Source of the DNA: Eledone cirrhosa
Taxonomy: Eukaryota
DNA: 64,000 nt
Assembly (NCBI GenBank): GCA_964016885.1
Contig: OZ024740.1
Location: 311,860,001-311,924,000 of the forward strand
Reading direction: 5' to 3'
The notes under the pieces were generated by a model, which did not search any database, was not told the origin of the DNA, and worked only from the letters and a program-made list of their open reading frames with translations. A program made the position numbers and the translations under genes. Below, piece by piece: positions 28,460 to 41,599 of this stretch; the first letter of the stretch is position 1; the number at the start of each line of letters is the position of its first letter.

Positions 28460-31095
28460 ATTTGAAGACTAAAATCCAAAGAGGGCCCGATAAGGATAAA
28501 TATATATCAAATATATAAGAACCGTAGAGCAAATATTTATTAAAATAACAGATTAAAGTTTAAGCAAAGAATCGCTGCTTTCACCCTTAACGGGATCTTC
28601 TGAAACTAACAAAGTCAATCTGTGAACGCATAAGTGAATATTTCAAAAAACGTTGCAACCGGATGAAGACAGGAAGGCGATACTTTGGTTCGTGGAAACG
28701 TACCCTGGCAAAGAACGGGAAAAACAATTACACGCAAAGACAAAACCATGTTTATGGTATAAAAGAAGTCGTAGACTAATATTCTATTAGATGGTTCATA
28801 GAGACGTTCTCTGGCAATGAACGGAAAAAACGAAGAAAATACGTCATATGTGGAGCGGGGAGTACAATTGCACGCAAAGACAAAACCACGTAAATGGTAT
28901 AGCTGAAGACGTAGACTAGAATTCTAACTAGGAAACCGAATGATTCTCGGCTTCAGAGTTAAGAATAAAGTAAATAAAATACAGAGGTAATTGAAATTAA
29001 ATAAATACATACACGCATCCATAAACGTACATACACAAGCATACGCGAAAACACTCGCCATAGGTATACAAATACACGTACGTACACACACAAAAAACAA
29101 CCTCGCATGCACATACAGAACCCACGCAACGCCTGTACCCGCACGCAAACGAATGTATACACCAAATACACATAAAAATATATATTAAAAAATATATATA
29201 TATATATGTGTGTGTGTGCGTGTATACATATAATTAAATAAACGTATATAAATAAATAAATACGTATATAAGCGCACACACATACCTACATGTAAATACA
29301 AATATGTTCGGAGACGTACGTCATCCAAAACACAAAGTACACATATACACACACCCTACATACGTACGAACCCGCATACTCACACAGACACAAAACTCAC
29401 GTATACACATAACCAAAAGCATATGTACCAGAATATATAATATATACGCCATAACATATACAATCAAATATACGTACGAGAAAGTATACGTACCTTCACA
29501 AAACATACAGGTAATATATACTTACCTATACAAATAAGTAATGGTATAAACATAATATATACTTAGCTACCACATCAATACGTAAAATATCAGCGTATAG
29601 TTCGTACTATCCGTTAGTACTAATGTGGGGCTGTAATACAGGAAAGTGTTGTGCAATTTATATTTACAAGCCGAAATTGCCTCAGATTTTTTGTTTAAGA
29701 TGTCGTCTTTGGCGTAGAATATTTCCAGGGCCTCAGCGGCGCAGAGGTCACATGGTCTTTTATTTCCGTTATACGATCTAGCCCTAGCTAGGATCTCCCA
29801 GTGTAACTTATATTGGGTGTGGTTGTCTTTTAGACTCAAGATATAAGCTGAGAGTGACGTCATATTCCTTCTTAAAGGGTAACGAAAGAAATGGGTATGC
29901 ATGTAAAGACGCTGCTTGAATCTATTGGCAGTTAATCCTATGTAGGCCCTACGAGACGTGGGTGTTTCAACCTTACATTTGTAGACAATGTTACTAGAGA
30001 GGCATTTCCCGGATAGGGGGCAGTCAACCCGATTCCTACAATTACAGTTAGTACTAACTACAGGGTTGCACGTGTTCCTACGGCTAGGTAGTTTAGCTAA
30101 ATTTGAAGCTGTTATGTTATGTGTAAGGTTAGGAGTCGTAGAGTAAGACATTTTAATAGTATTTCTATTAAAAATGTTACTATATTTATGTGTAGGGGGA
30201 AAATGCTTCATAATAAGGGAGAGAAAGATCTTAGCTAATGGTGTAGCCACCTCCATATTATATGGTGGGTTATGCCATATAATGCGTCGGGATCTATTTC
30301 TTCTAGGTCTATTCTCGTACTCTGTGTATGCTACCTTATCGACAAATCCACTCCGAGCAAGAGCTTCATTGTAATATGTGGAATGGTCGTTGAAAATATG
30401 CTCGTTAGTAGATAGACGGGAAAGCCCCAAAGAAACGTTTCTTACCAGGTTCTTAGTTATGCTGGCAGGATGGTTAGAATGCTTACTTATGTAATTAAGC
30501 GTATCATTCGGCTTTCTATACGGGTAAGGCAAGCCATTCGATAAATTGAGGGTAACGTCGAGGTAATTAACGACCGAGAGGTGATGGAGAGGTTGAAGCC
30601 TTTAAAGAAGGCTGTGAGTTCTTTTCTGAACCTGTCGCAAGCACGTGGGCCGCACTTAGTCATGGTCAAAAGACCATCATCACGGTACAAACCACCGCCC
30701 ACGTTGGAGAATTCTTCCTTGATAGAAAAAAGAAGGAAAAGGCCGATAAGATCAGTAACCTCCGCAGAATCGCTGGCGCCAATACTTACGTCGAATGGGG
30801 TACTATTAGATTTTTTAATCCAAATAGAGTCGTCGAAATTAATCACCGACTTACGGGCATTGCGGATGACATCAACTTCGAAATCCTTAACCACTGTGAG
30901 TGTTTTAGCGAAATTGATAGCTCTAAGGAGAAGTGGTAAAGTGATGGAGGAGTAGTAATTATTGATGTCGAATTGGATAAAACGGCAATGTTCCTTGTTG
31001 CATATGCCGTTGAACCAATCAATCACCGCGAAAGAATTGTTCCACAGTGCAAGAGGGGCCAAACTTCTAATTTCAGGTATAATTCTATCAAATGG
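28460..31095 (-). mobile_element. Penelope-like retroelement 2 (Naiad-like), 5'-truncated and frameshifted
   Basis: FIQFDINNYYSSI, FDVSIGASDSAEV, GLYRDDGL, PYRKPN, WHNPPY, CNCRNRVDCP..KC, IVYKC...YIGLT..FKQR, CDLC..E...LNKKSE. The clade call rests on recalled motifs. Confidence 0.88.
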
Positions 31096-31949
31096 GATAA
31101 CAAGTTATCGGTAATCCAGTTAGAGGTTGTGAATACTCTGTACTATGGATAGTTTTAACGTACGGCGTTGTTTGACTCAACAAGAGGTTTCCTTAGTTAG
31201 GTAGCGAGTTGGCGAGAATTCTCATGCAGGTTATTCTTGGAGTAATAGTAGTGAAAGAGTGAAGAATAACATGATTGGCTGTACAAAAAGGGTTTTATTT
31301 ACAGTATTAACAATTGTTTCATTGATAGACCCACCTGATCAATGAAACAATTGTGTGTGTGTGTGTGTGTGTGAAAATATCTGTATGTGTAAAAAAGGAA
31401 AAAGGAAAACAGCGCTCAATCGAGAAGAGAGCTGATATATTATATTCTTCATTTAGGACACAATTTTGATCCCTCTTACATTCTGGGGATATGGTCAATA
31501 ATGGGCCTAGAAACCTTCCGTGTACGAACATAAATAAATAATATTATATTGGCGGATTGGCAGCATCGGTAGAAGGTCAGACGCCATGCTTTAACGCATA
31601 GAGTTACGGCCCTTTCCATTCTGAGTTCAAATCCCGCCGAGGTTAACTTTGCCTTTCATCCTTACGGGGTCGATAAAACAAAGTACCAGTAATGCACTGG
31701 GTAATTACTGGCCTTGTGCCAAATGTAGAAACAATTATATTGTTCCAACGTTGGGTTCTAGTTAAAGGATTACAAATTATCCGAATGATACCGCAAATAT
31801 ACATTTAAGGTATGAAACTTAAATCACGGATTGCTAAGCTAGGTACTACTTATCTAAATATAAAACATTTACTCTGCCTAGATATTGAGTTCTCTTTTAC
31901 TTTGCCCACATTTTAAACATGTAGACATACGTGTTACTAACTAACTAAC

Positions 31950-31983
<34 letters not shown>

Positions 31984-32645
31984 AACTAGAAATTGATTGA
32001 CATATATATCTAAAATAAACACATGAAACAATCACAGGGGATAATTTGTAAAGTGTGTAAGCACACACAGCTAGATAGGTAACTAATTAAAATTTAACTA
32101 GAATTTCAAATATAGATACCTTTTCAAATGATTAATCTTCCTTGTATATATTTCATTGAAGAAATATATTTCACCATTAATCCGTAAACTCACAGTAGTC
32201 AAATCACGGATTTTCAACAAGGGAGAAGACTATCTGTGTTTACACAGCAAATGCAAATCTGCGAATGACCCGTCGCACGTGTTGCATTTTTAAAACTACA
32301 CACATGGTACCAGCGTCATCCCAGTGGCGTGAATAGGATTATCGACAGCTAAAAATAGCAGCCGAGTCCTTTCAACTGAGTTAACTCTACAATTAAGGGG
32401 CTATATATATATCCGAAATTAAATTAAGGGTGTCATGTCCGAGACATGCGCCATATCCACCGTAGAATAAGCTCAAAGATTCCAATGTATAGATCCGAGC
32501 ATTTTATATCAACTAGAAATTGATTGACATATATATATATCTAAAATAAACACATGAAACAATCACAAGGGATAATTTATAAAGTGTGTAAGCACACACG
32601 GTGGATATGGCGCATGTCTCGGACATGACACCCTTAATTTAATTT

Positions 32646-32724
<79 letters not shown>

Positions 32725-33399
32725 TATATGTGTGTGTGTGTGTGTGCGCGTGTGTGCGCGTGTGTGCGTCTGTGTGTGTGCCTATGCGTGTATTTTATTT
32801 TACATTGCTCCAGTCCACTCAGTAGGAAAGAATGAGTTACACCTGCAATTCAAGGGCCGGCTTTGTCCCACATTGTGTCACGCTGATTCTCCCTGGGAAC
32901 TACTGTGGAATGCTCAGCCACTTACGCGTTAATTTCACCAGCAGGTTATTCTGTTGATTGAATTTACTGGAGCACACGTAGTCGTATATGACGGAGTTCC
33001 ATCAACATGTATATATCAGAGGCGGTGGAACTGGGTGGGCCAGAAGGGCCATGACCCTAATAATTATAGTTTTCTCCCCAAACTACCAAACTACCAAAAT
33101 ACATCTATTTGTATATGTGCTACGATTTATGTACATGTTATGCAGAGAGAGAGAGATGGGAGATACATATATATAGAGAGAGAGGGGAAAAGTTTGGTGG
33201 TAATTGATATAGAGAGGAAGCATGTGTGTGCGGGTATGGATGTTATTGTATGTGTAGATGTGTATGTTTTGAGTTGTATGTATGTATGTATGTATGATTG
33301 GAAGAGATGACCCCTTAGCCTTTGTCAAGGCAGAATTCTAGGAGAAGGAAAACTCTGATATAACACCTGCAACCCTGATGGTATCCAATGATGTTGACT

Positions 33400-33715
33400 T
33401 GTTCTTCTTTTTATAAATATCATCTTGGTTAAGAGAGTAGGACTGGCTTTGTGCAGTGCCTTTGCTCACTATAAAAGCTTCACGGCACAGGCATTGCTTT
33501 ATATCTGGAGATCTCTCTGCACTTGTCGTCACATGGTACCATGGGCCCAGCACTATGTGGCAATAATTGTCACAAGTGTAGTGTTTGTACCAGAGTTTTC
33601 AAGTCGCTGGCTGGACTAAAGTCACATTCGTTCAGCGCATCGATAGGATTTCTCCTACATGGATATAAAGTAGTGGCCGTACTCGAAAACGAGTTGGCAG
33701 CCACCATGTATGGGA
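33400..33715 (+). mobile_element. Old degenerate 3' end of an RTE LINE
   Basis: CSVCTRVFKSLAGLKSH zinc finger followed by the terminal motif tggccgtactcgaaaacgagttggcagccaccatgtatg, similar to the end of the young element at 36820-36870. Confidence 0.7.
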
Positions 33716-34105
33716 TAACTCCGACATAAAACCTGCGGCTCAGTAGTTACCGATGATGTTGATCTTTTCTTTTTTTCGGATTACAGAGAGAGTGGGATAG
33801 GCTCAGTGCACAGTCTTTCCTCACTATAAAAAAACTTTAGGCACAGGCATTGCACTATAGCATTAATTGATAATTATTAATAATGTTATATCGTGCAATG
33901 GCCATACTCGATAACGAAGGTAGCCATCATGTATGTATGTATGTATGTATGTATGTATGTATGTATGTATGTATGTATGTATGTATGTATGTATGTACAT
34001 ATATACGCGCATATATATATACATATATACACGCATATATGATGGCTGCCCCCTCGTTATCGAGTATGGCCATTGCACAATAAAAAAAAAAAAAAAAAAA
34101 AAAAA

Positions 34106-34156
<51 letters not shown>

Positions 34157-34177
34157 AATAATAAAAAAAAAAAAAAA

Positions 34178-36635
34178 AGGGATTGGGGCAGAGAAAACAT
34201 CAGGACTGGTTTAATGAGAAAGATGTGCATATAGATGACTTGTTGGCTGATAAGAGGCGCGCTCTGTCACGCTACTTGACGGCAAGACCACAGGAGAGGA
34301 ATACGTTGCATGAGGAGCTCAGGGATGTAAAATCACGTGTTAGGCGGAGTCTTTCTCAGATGAAGGATCAGTGGTGGAGTGAGAAGGCTGGTGAGATACA
34401 AACTGCGTCTGATTGCAATAACACAAAGCTGTTGTACAGTCTCTTGCGTGAGGTTTATGGACCGTCTTCTTCTCTGGTGACACCGATTCGCAGCAAGGAT
34501 GGCAAAGAACTTCTTCGTGACTCACAGGGAATTCTACGAAGGTGGCGGGAGCACTTTGATGATCTTTTGAATCAGCCGTCTGTCGTCAGTGAAGATTTCC
34601 TCAATCTCATTCCGGAAAGTCCTGTGAAAGTAGCTCTCGCAGAGCCTCCGACACTTGTGGAGGTTGCAGTGGCTATTTCGAAGCTGAACAGTGGAAGATC
34701 TCCAGGTATGGATGGCATACATGCTGAGCTCCTACAATATGGTGGTGAGAGACTCCTGCAACATCTTCACTCTCTGTTTGGAAGGATATGGGCTAATGAA
34801 TCCGTGCCTGAGGACTGGAGAGATGCAGTAATGGTGGTCTTGTACAAGGGAAAGGGTAACAGGAATGATTGTGGGAACTACAGAGGTATATCATTGCTTT
34901 CTGTCGTGGGGAAAGTTTTATGTAGGGTGCTTCTGGACCGTCTGCTGACACACATTGCAGATTGTGTCCTTCCTGAAAGTCAATCTGGTTTTCGTGTTGG
35001 ACGCGGCACTACTGATATGATCTTCTCAGCTAGACAGCTCCAGGAGAAGTGCATTGAACAGGGCTTGGATCTGTATCAGGTTTTTGTCGATCTGACAAAG
35101 GCTTTCGATACTGTCAACAGAGATGCATTATGGAAGGTTCTCCAGAAACTTGGTTGCCCTGATAAGTTCCTTGCTTTAGTTAGGTCTTTCCATGACGACA
35201 TGAAGGCTTGGGTTAATGTCGGAGGTAACATGTCGGAGCCTATCTCAGTAAAAAATGGAGTGAAACAGGGGGATATTCCAGCACCGACCCTGTTTGCCAT
35301 ATACTTTGCAATGGTTTTCTGTATTGCATTCAGGAATTGCGAGCATGGTGTTTACATCCGATATCGAACCTCAGGCAGCATATTTAACATCAGGCGCTTT
35401 GCTGCGAAGACAAAAGTATTTACATCAGTCATAAGAGACCTCTTGTATGCAGATGATTGCGATCTTGTAGCGCACACAGAGAGTGATATGCAGCACATTT
35501 TGAATGTATTTTCTGACGCTTGCACTGCCCTGGGTTTGACTGTCAGTCTCAAGAAAACCGTCGTCATGTACCAACCTGCACCTGGTAGGCAGTACACTGA
35601 ACCAAACATCTATGTGTATGGCAAACGACTTGGAGTGGTTGATCAGTTTGTCTACCTGGGAAGCACTGTCAATCGATACGGCAACCTTGACAGTGAAATC
35701 TCACTTAGGATTAGGAAAGCAAGTGATGCTTTCGGAAAGCTAGAAAGGCGACTCTGGGGTCGGCGAGACATATGCAGGAGGACAAAGGTAAAGGTGTACA
35801 GGGCATGTGTACTCTCTTGTCTTCTTTATGCCTGCGAGACCTGGGTCACATATCGACGCCACCTTAAGCAATTGGAGCGTTTCCATCAGATGTGTCTCAG
35901 ACGGATACATGGCGTTCGCTGGAGGGACCACATCAGTGATGTCGAGATTTTGGAAAGCTCTATGTGTGACAGTATAGAAGCTCTTGTGCTTAAGCAGCGA
36001 CTCCGTTGGAGTGGTCACCTTGCCAGGATGAAGGATTCTAGAATACCAAAACAACTCTTCTATGGAGAGTTGGTTAAAGGAAAACGACCGCCACATAAAC
36101 CAAAAAAGAGGTATAAGGATTCCTTGAAGGCCTCTCTGAAAGACGCTAACATCTCTGCTGATACATGGGAAAATATTGCTGCTGATCGTAATAAATGGAG
36201 AAAGACTGTATATGAGGGAAAAGTTGCCTTTGAGGCATCTCGAATCGCACACGAGAAAGTAAAGCGGGACGTGAGGAAGGGTATTGCTGTTGCACTTCCA
36301 GACGGCGAGGGTCCTCCTATGTTTCTGACATGCAGCGTCTGTGCGAGACTCTGCCTAAGCAAAGCTGGACTCGAAAGTCATCTTCGCAGTCATAAAGTAA
36401 GACCAGTGGTTGACTACCAGGCTGCTGTTGGAGATGCTACTCATCATGCTTGCCAAACATGTGGTAGAGAATGTAAATCAGCAGGAGGACTCAAGCGACA
36501 TGCAAAAGTACACGAACTCCAACCACAGCCGACTATTCCCAGTAAATGTTTTGGTTGCCGACTCTGTGCAAGACATTTTGGATCATTGGCTGGGCTAAAA
36601 AGCCACATTCGATCGCAGCACTGTTAGTTGCTATC

Positions 36636-36673
<38 letters not shown>

Positions 36674-36749
36674 GCTTATGTGCGTGCGTGTGTGTGTATA
36701 TATATATGAATATGTATATTATTGTTGTTGTCGTTATTATTATTATTGC

Positions 36750-36789
<40 letters not shown>

Positions 36790-36870
36790 TTTTTTTTTTT
36801 TTTTTTTTTTTTTTATTGTGCAATGGCCATACTCGATAACGAGGGGGCAGCCATCATGTATGTATGTATC
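34178..36870 (+). mobile_element. Young 5'-truncated RTE (BovB-like) LINE; uninterrupted 814-aa frame (34183-36627) with three C-terminal C2H2 zinc fingers
   Basis: HQDWF, NYRGISLLS, PESQSGFR, FVDLTKAFDTV, GVKQG, LLYADD, RLRWSGHLARM, PKQLFYGEL. Fingers CSVC..HLRSH, CQTC..HAKVH, CRLC..HIRSQH. (TATG)n tail. Confidence 0.95.
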
Positions 36871-37130
36871 CATAATTCGGGTAGGTTGCAATGTACTGAA
36901 TGACTAAGTTCAAGTAGTACCATACTTTGGCTTTACTATTTTTTTAAAGCTTTCATTTTCACTCGATTATCAATTAAATCTATTTAGCTGACTATTGTCC
37001 CAATTCTTGTATCTCGAACCCTTTCCAATGTGGAGTAAAATTTAAATATGTAAGGCAACATAAATGTCCCAAGTGAAACATATTTAATTAAAAACTTAGG
37101 TGAGATGTATTGATTAATTCAACGTAGGTG

Positions 37131-37216
<86 letters not shown>

Positions 37217-37790
37217 AATATATATACATATATCTATATATATATATACATACATACATATATAAATAGTATAGGTAATATTAATATTATCCAATTACAA
37301 GTATGGGAGGAGCTTGATGTAAAATAACAAATATAATTGTTTCTACTTTTGGCACAAGGCCACCAATTATCAGTACATTACTGGTACTTTATTTTATCGA
37401 CACCGTAAGGATGAAAGGCAAAGTTAACCTCGGCGGGATTTGAACTCAGACCGTAAAGGGACGTAACTATGCTGGAAAGCATCGCGTCCGACTCTCTACC
37501 TAATACACTGCTATCCTATATATACTATATAAAGTACATATAAAGTGTGTGTATATATATATATATATAAACGTTTGTATATGTATAATAAAGCCAAAAC
37601 AATGCAGGTATGGACATAGAATAAAGAATGCAAATGCAAAAGATATTGTTGACAATTAGTCTTTTACCTTAGAATATATTTAAATATCCTTAATTTTCGA
37701 GATAATATCTCTTCTTCAGAGGGAAGTAAAGCTCTCAAACCAGTGTCCTAAATAGGTTGCCAAGTCATGCTGACAGGAAATGGTATAAAG

Positions 37791-40700
37791 CAGTGGTCGC
37801 CAACATGGGTTCCGCGGAACCTTGGAGTTCCGTAAAACAAACTCCGGGTTCCTTAAAAAAATAAATATTTACATTACCATTAATATTTTGGGTTTTCTGA
37901 AAAAAATGCAAAGAAAATGCCAAAGGTGCAATGTATAAATGAACGAGTACTATTGTAGTGTACACAGGTTCTCCACTCCAATTCGTGGAAAACACTACTT
38001 TCAGTTTCTCACTTGAATTAGCAGAAAAACACTGTTCTGAGATTCGTGAAAATTGAATACTTTCAATTTCATATCAATTCTTGGAAAGACAGTTTTCTGA
38101 ATTCCGAGAATTTGACTACTACTGATAATACACTAATTGAACTTAGAAATTGACCAATCACGAACAAGTAAATGTTGGTCGATAACAGCATAACTTTAAA
38201 CTGAAAACTTCAGTTCAGCGAGGTCTTTCAGCCGAGAGACAGGGTCAGTTCGCTGTTCTCACAACGTAAGTTCAGTAGAATGTTTTCAATAGAGAACACG
38301 TTTTAATCTGCTGTCCTCACAAAAGCTTTAAAGTCGCCTAAAGTTTCCTCACAGAGTGAACTCGCTTACTAGTCGTTTTCAACATGCATCCAGTTCTACA
38401 GACAATTCTAAATTAGAACACGTTACATTCTGTTGTACTTTGCACAGAAAATATAACGCCTGTAAAGTTTCGACTACTAACAAAGGTAATTTTGTATTCC
38501 ATGCATACACTATAAACTTTGCCACACAATTATGTATTCATTTGATGACATCTGCATTCACAATTGAGAAATTACTTTATACAATAAATATATATGTCCA
38601 CTAACATTTGACTAAACTTTATTTGTTCCGATCTAATATATGTTTAACGCAGCCTAAAGCCTTCTTATATTATATCTAACTTTGAAGGTTGACTTTGCCT
38701 TTCATCCTTACGGGGTCGATAAAATAAAGTACCAGTAATGCACTACGTAATTGCTGGCCTTGTGCCTAAAGTAGAAACAATTATATCTAACTTTGAGTCA
38801 AAATAGATAGAAGATATCTGAATTAATTTCCAATACCATCGTCACATCTTCTACACTATCAGCTGATTTGCATTTTTTGCACCTTTTAGTATGGCGGATA
38901 TTTAAATATATTTACATTACCAATAATATTTAATACGACCCTAAAGTAGTATATGCAGGAAGTGCTGGACTCTGAAAAAGATTTCTTCTAGTTGTTTATA
39001 AATTTGCACCTTTTTCAGTAACCCCTAATATTTTAATATTATTATAAGACTTTAAATAATATGTTTGTCATCCTAAAATGCAGAAATTTCAATTTTTAAA
39101 AGTTAAAATCTTTTTTTTAACTAGTTAAGTTTTTCCAAATATCTAAAATTAAAGTTAATTTAAATACTTTTTTGTAATAAAAAAAACTTAATTTCTCTTG
39201 TTTATTAATGTCATATTAAAAATGTTAACTGTAGATAAATAACATTGATATGATGTCTACTGCAAAGAAGCTGAAGTTAGATACCAGCAGTAAGGTTAGA
39301 CAGTGGTGTGATGATTATGTTAGATATGGATTTCAAAAAGCTGACACTAAAAAAGATACACCAGATCAGCCCATGTGTTTGCTATGTTCAAAAGTTCTAT
39401 CAAATAGCTGTTTAAATCCTGCAAAACTTAAAAGACACCTTGATACTAATCACACCAATGATAAAATCAAGTCACTGGAATACTTTACTTCGCTGAAAAA
39501 CAACATCAACAAATCACAAGCTAATATGTATGACTTGTTTTGTAAAAAGTCAGATATAAATAAAGCTTTAAAAAGAACATCTTTTGAAATTTCACATTTG
39601 ATTGGTAAAAGCAAGAAACCATTTACATTAGGAGAACAGTTAATTCTGCCAAGTATAAACATTGCTACAGAGAATCTTTTTGAAAGCTGCAGTATTAAGG
39701 ACAGAGAAAAATTAAGCCAGTTACCATTGTCAGCAAATACCGTAAAAAGAAGGATAATTGATATTTCTTCTGATATAGAAAATCAGATACTAACTGCACT
39801 AAAGAAAAGCACATGTTTTGGTCTGCAAGTGGACGAAACCACGGATATTAATAACAAGGCTCAATTAATTTGCTATGTACGGTTTGTAGAGCTTGATAAA
39901 AAAGAATTAGTAGAAGTGTATTTGTTTTGTCTGGTATTAGACATCACAACTAAAGGTCAAGATATATTCAATAAAATTGAAGAGTATTTTTTAAAAAATG
40001 GTGTATCTTGGAGCAAGTTGACTTCAATAACAACAGATGGAGCAGCTGCAATGACTGGTAAAAATTCTGGTTTGATTGCAAAAATTAAAGAACAGACCCC
40101 AAATTGTATTTCAAATCATTGTATGATTCATTGAGAGGTTTTGTGTTCAAGAAAATTCAAAGACAGAGATGCTCAAATATTAAATGACCAGCTGAAAGAC
40201 ATTGTCAAAATTATCAATTTGATCCATGCAAGAGCAAAAAATTCTAGAATGTTTGAATCTATTTGTGAATCTTCTGGAAGTAATTATAATAGATTGTTAT
40301 TGAGCAATGATGTGCGTTGGCTGTCTTTTGGGGATGCTATGAAGAGAGTTTTTGAACTGAGAGAAGAAATAATAGTTTTTCTAAAAAAACAGAATGATGA
40401 AAGAGCAAGTGTATTAGAAACCAATGAATGGAATGTGCAACTCGCTTATTTAGTAGACATTTTTGGTGAACTGAACAATAAGTGTTTTCAGGGTAACAAT
40501 GCAGATATTTTTACTTCAATCAATTTTATTACATATTTTCAATCAAAATTAAACATCTTTATACAAAGAATTGAATCCGACAATTACTCATTACTTTCAA
40601 ACCTTGAAATAGAGCTTAAAAAGAGAGAAGATTTTGACTCCAGCAATCTAAAGAAGATTATTCTTTCTCATTTAAATGTGCTTTCCACAAGTTTTTCAGA

Positions 40701-41283
40701 TTATTTTGACTTGATGGAAAAAGATATTGTTAGCGGAAATTTATGGATAAAACACCCGTTCACCGAGATCGAGCAGTTAGTGTCAGAAAATGACGCTGGA
40801 AATTGTAAAAATTTACTACCTGCACAATGCTTACATCAGTTGATGGATTTGAATTCAAACGAAGACCTGAAAGTGATATTCGAAAGCAGAAAGAAAGAAC
40901 TATGGATCGACTTATTCTTGATTGGGTAGTTTAATGAAATCAGCCAACTTGCATTGAAATATTTGACCTTATTCCCATCTAGCTACTTGTGCGAAGGGTT
41001 TTCCCAGTTGGTAGAAATCTGCACAAAGAAGATGAATAAACTGTCAGCAATTGACGAGTGTATGAGACTGGCATTAACTAGTGTTGAACTTCGATTTTCT
41101 AAACTCACTGATGAGGCGCAGCAGCAGAAAAGCCACTAGTTCGATTACATACACACGCATGAAACACTAAAATAAATAAATACTTTATTATTTTTTTTTG
41201 AAAAGTTTTGTATTGTATAGGTTCCGTGAAGAATTCAAAATATTTAGAGGGTTCCTCGGTTTTAGAAAGGTTGGCGACCACTG
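37791..41283 (+). mobile_element. Full-length hAT transposon (Buster/Charlie group)
   Basis: Perfect 14-bp TIR CAGTGGTCGCCAAC / GTTGGCGACCACTG. The 8-bp TSD GTATAAAG / GTATAGAG (7/8 match) has the central TA typical of Buster elements. Confidence 0.95.
39250..41139 (+). pseudogene. Disrupted hAT transposase (BED finger, DDE, CxxH, C-terminal dimerisation region)
   Basis: CLLC...KLKRHLDTNH, LQVDETTD, TTDGAAAM, HCMIH then an in-frame TGA (40132-40134), VRWLS, LAYLVDIF, FPSSYLCEGFS. A further frameshift lies near 40900. Confidence 0.9.
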
Positions 41284-41599
41284 GTATAGAGTATCTGTTC
41301 TATCTCTAATGTCAAAGAGTTAAAATTAGGTGGATAAAGAGTAGTCTCCCTTTAAAAGGGGTTTGTTTTTGTTTTGGGTTTTTTTTTTATACATGCCTGT
41401 TTAAGTCTGTGGGAGAATGCATGAAGGTATAAGTATGTGAGTGTGTGTGTGTGAGTGTGAGAAGATATGTCTATTCGTAAATGTGGGGGATAGGTGTTAT
41501 CTGGTGTTAGAACTGGTTTTGTGTGTGTATGTGTGAGAGAGAATAAGTGGAGGTGTAAGCGTGTGTGTGTGTGTGAGTGCGTGCGTGTATGTGTGTGGG

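Noticed and set aside
37686-37726. Minus-strand CTGAAGA-aGAGAT/ATCTC-GAAA hammerhead-like core; weaker look-alikes near 6850, 13436, 28580, 50239 and 55265
   Set aside because: Stem I, stem III or core bases are missing or mutated. At most these are decayed relics, so I did not call them ribozymes.
40132-40134. In-frame TGA in the transposase as possible selenocysteine or readthrough
   Set aside because: It falls at the Arg position after the CxxH motif and the ORF has another frameshift, so a simple nonsense mutation is more likely.
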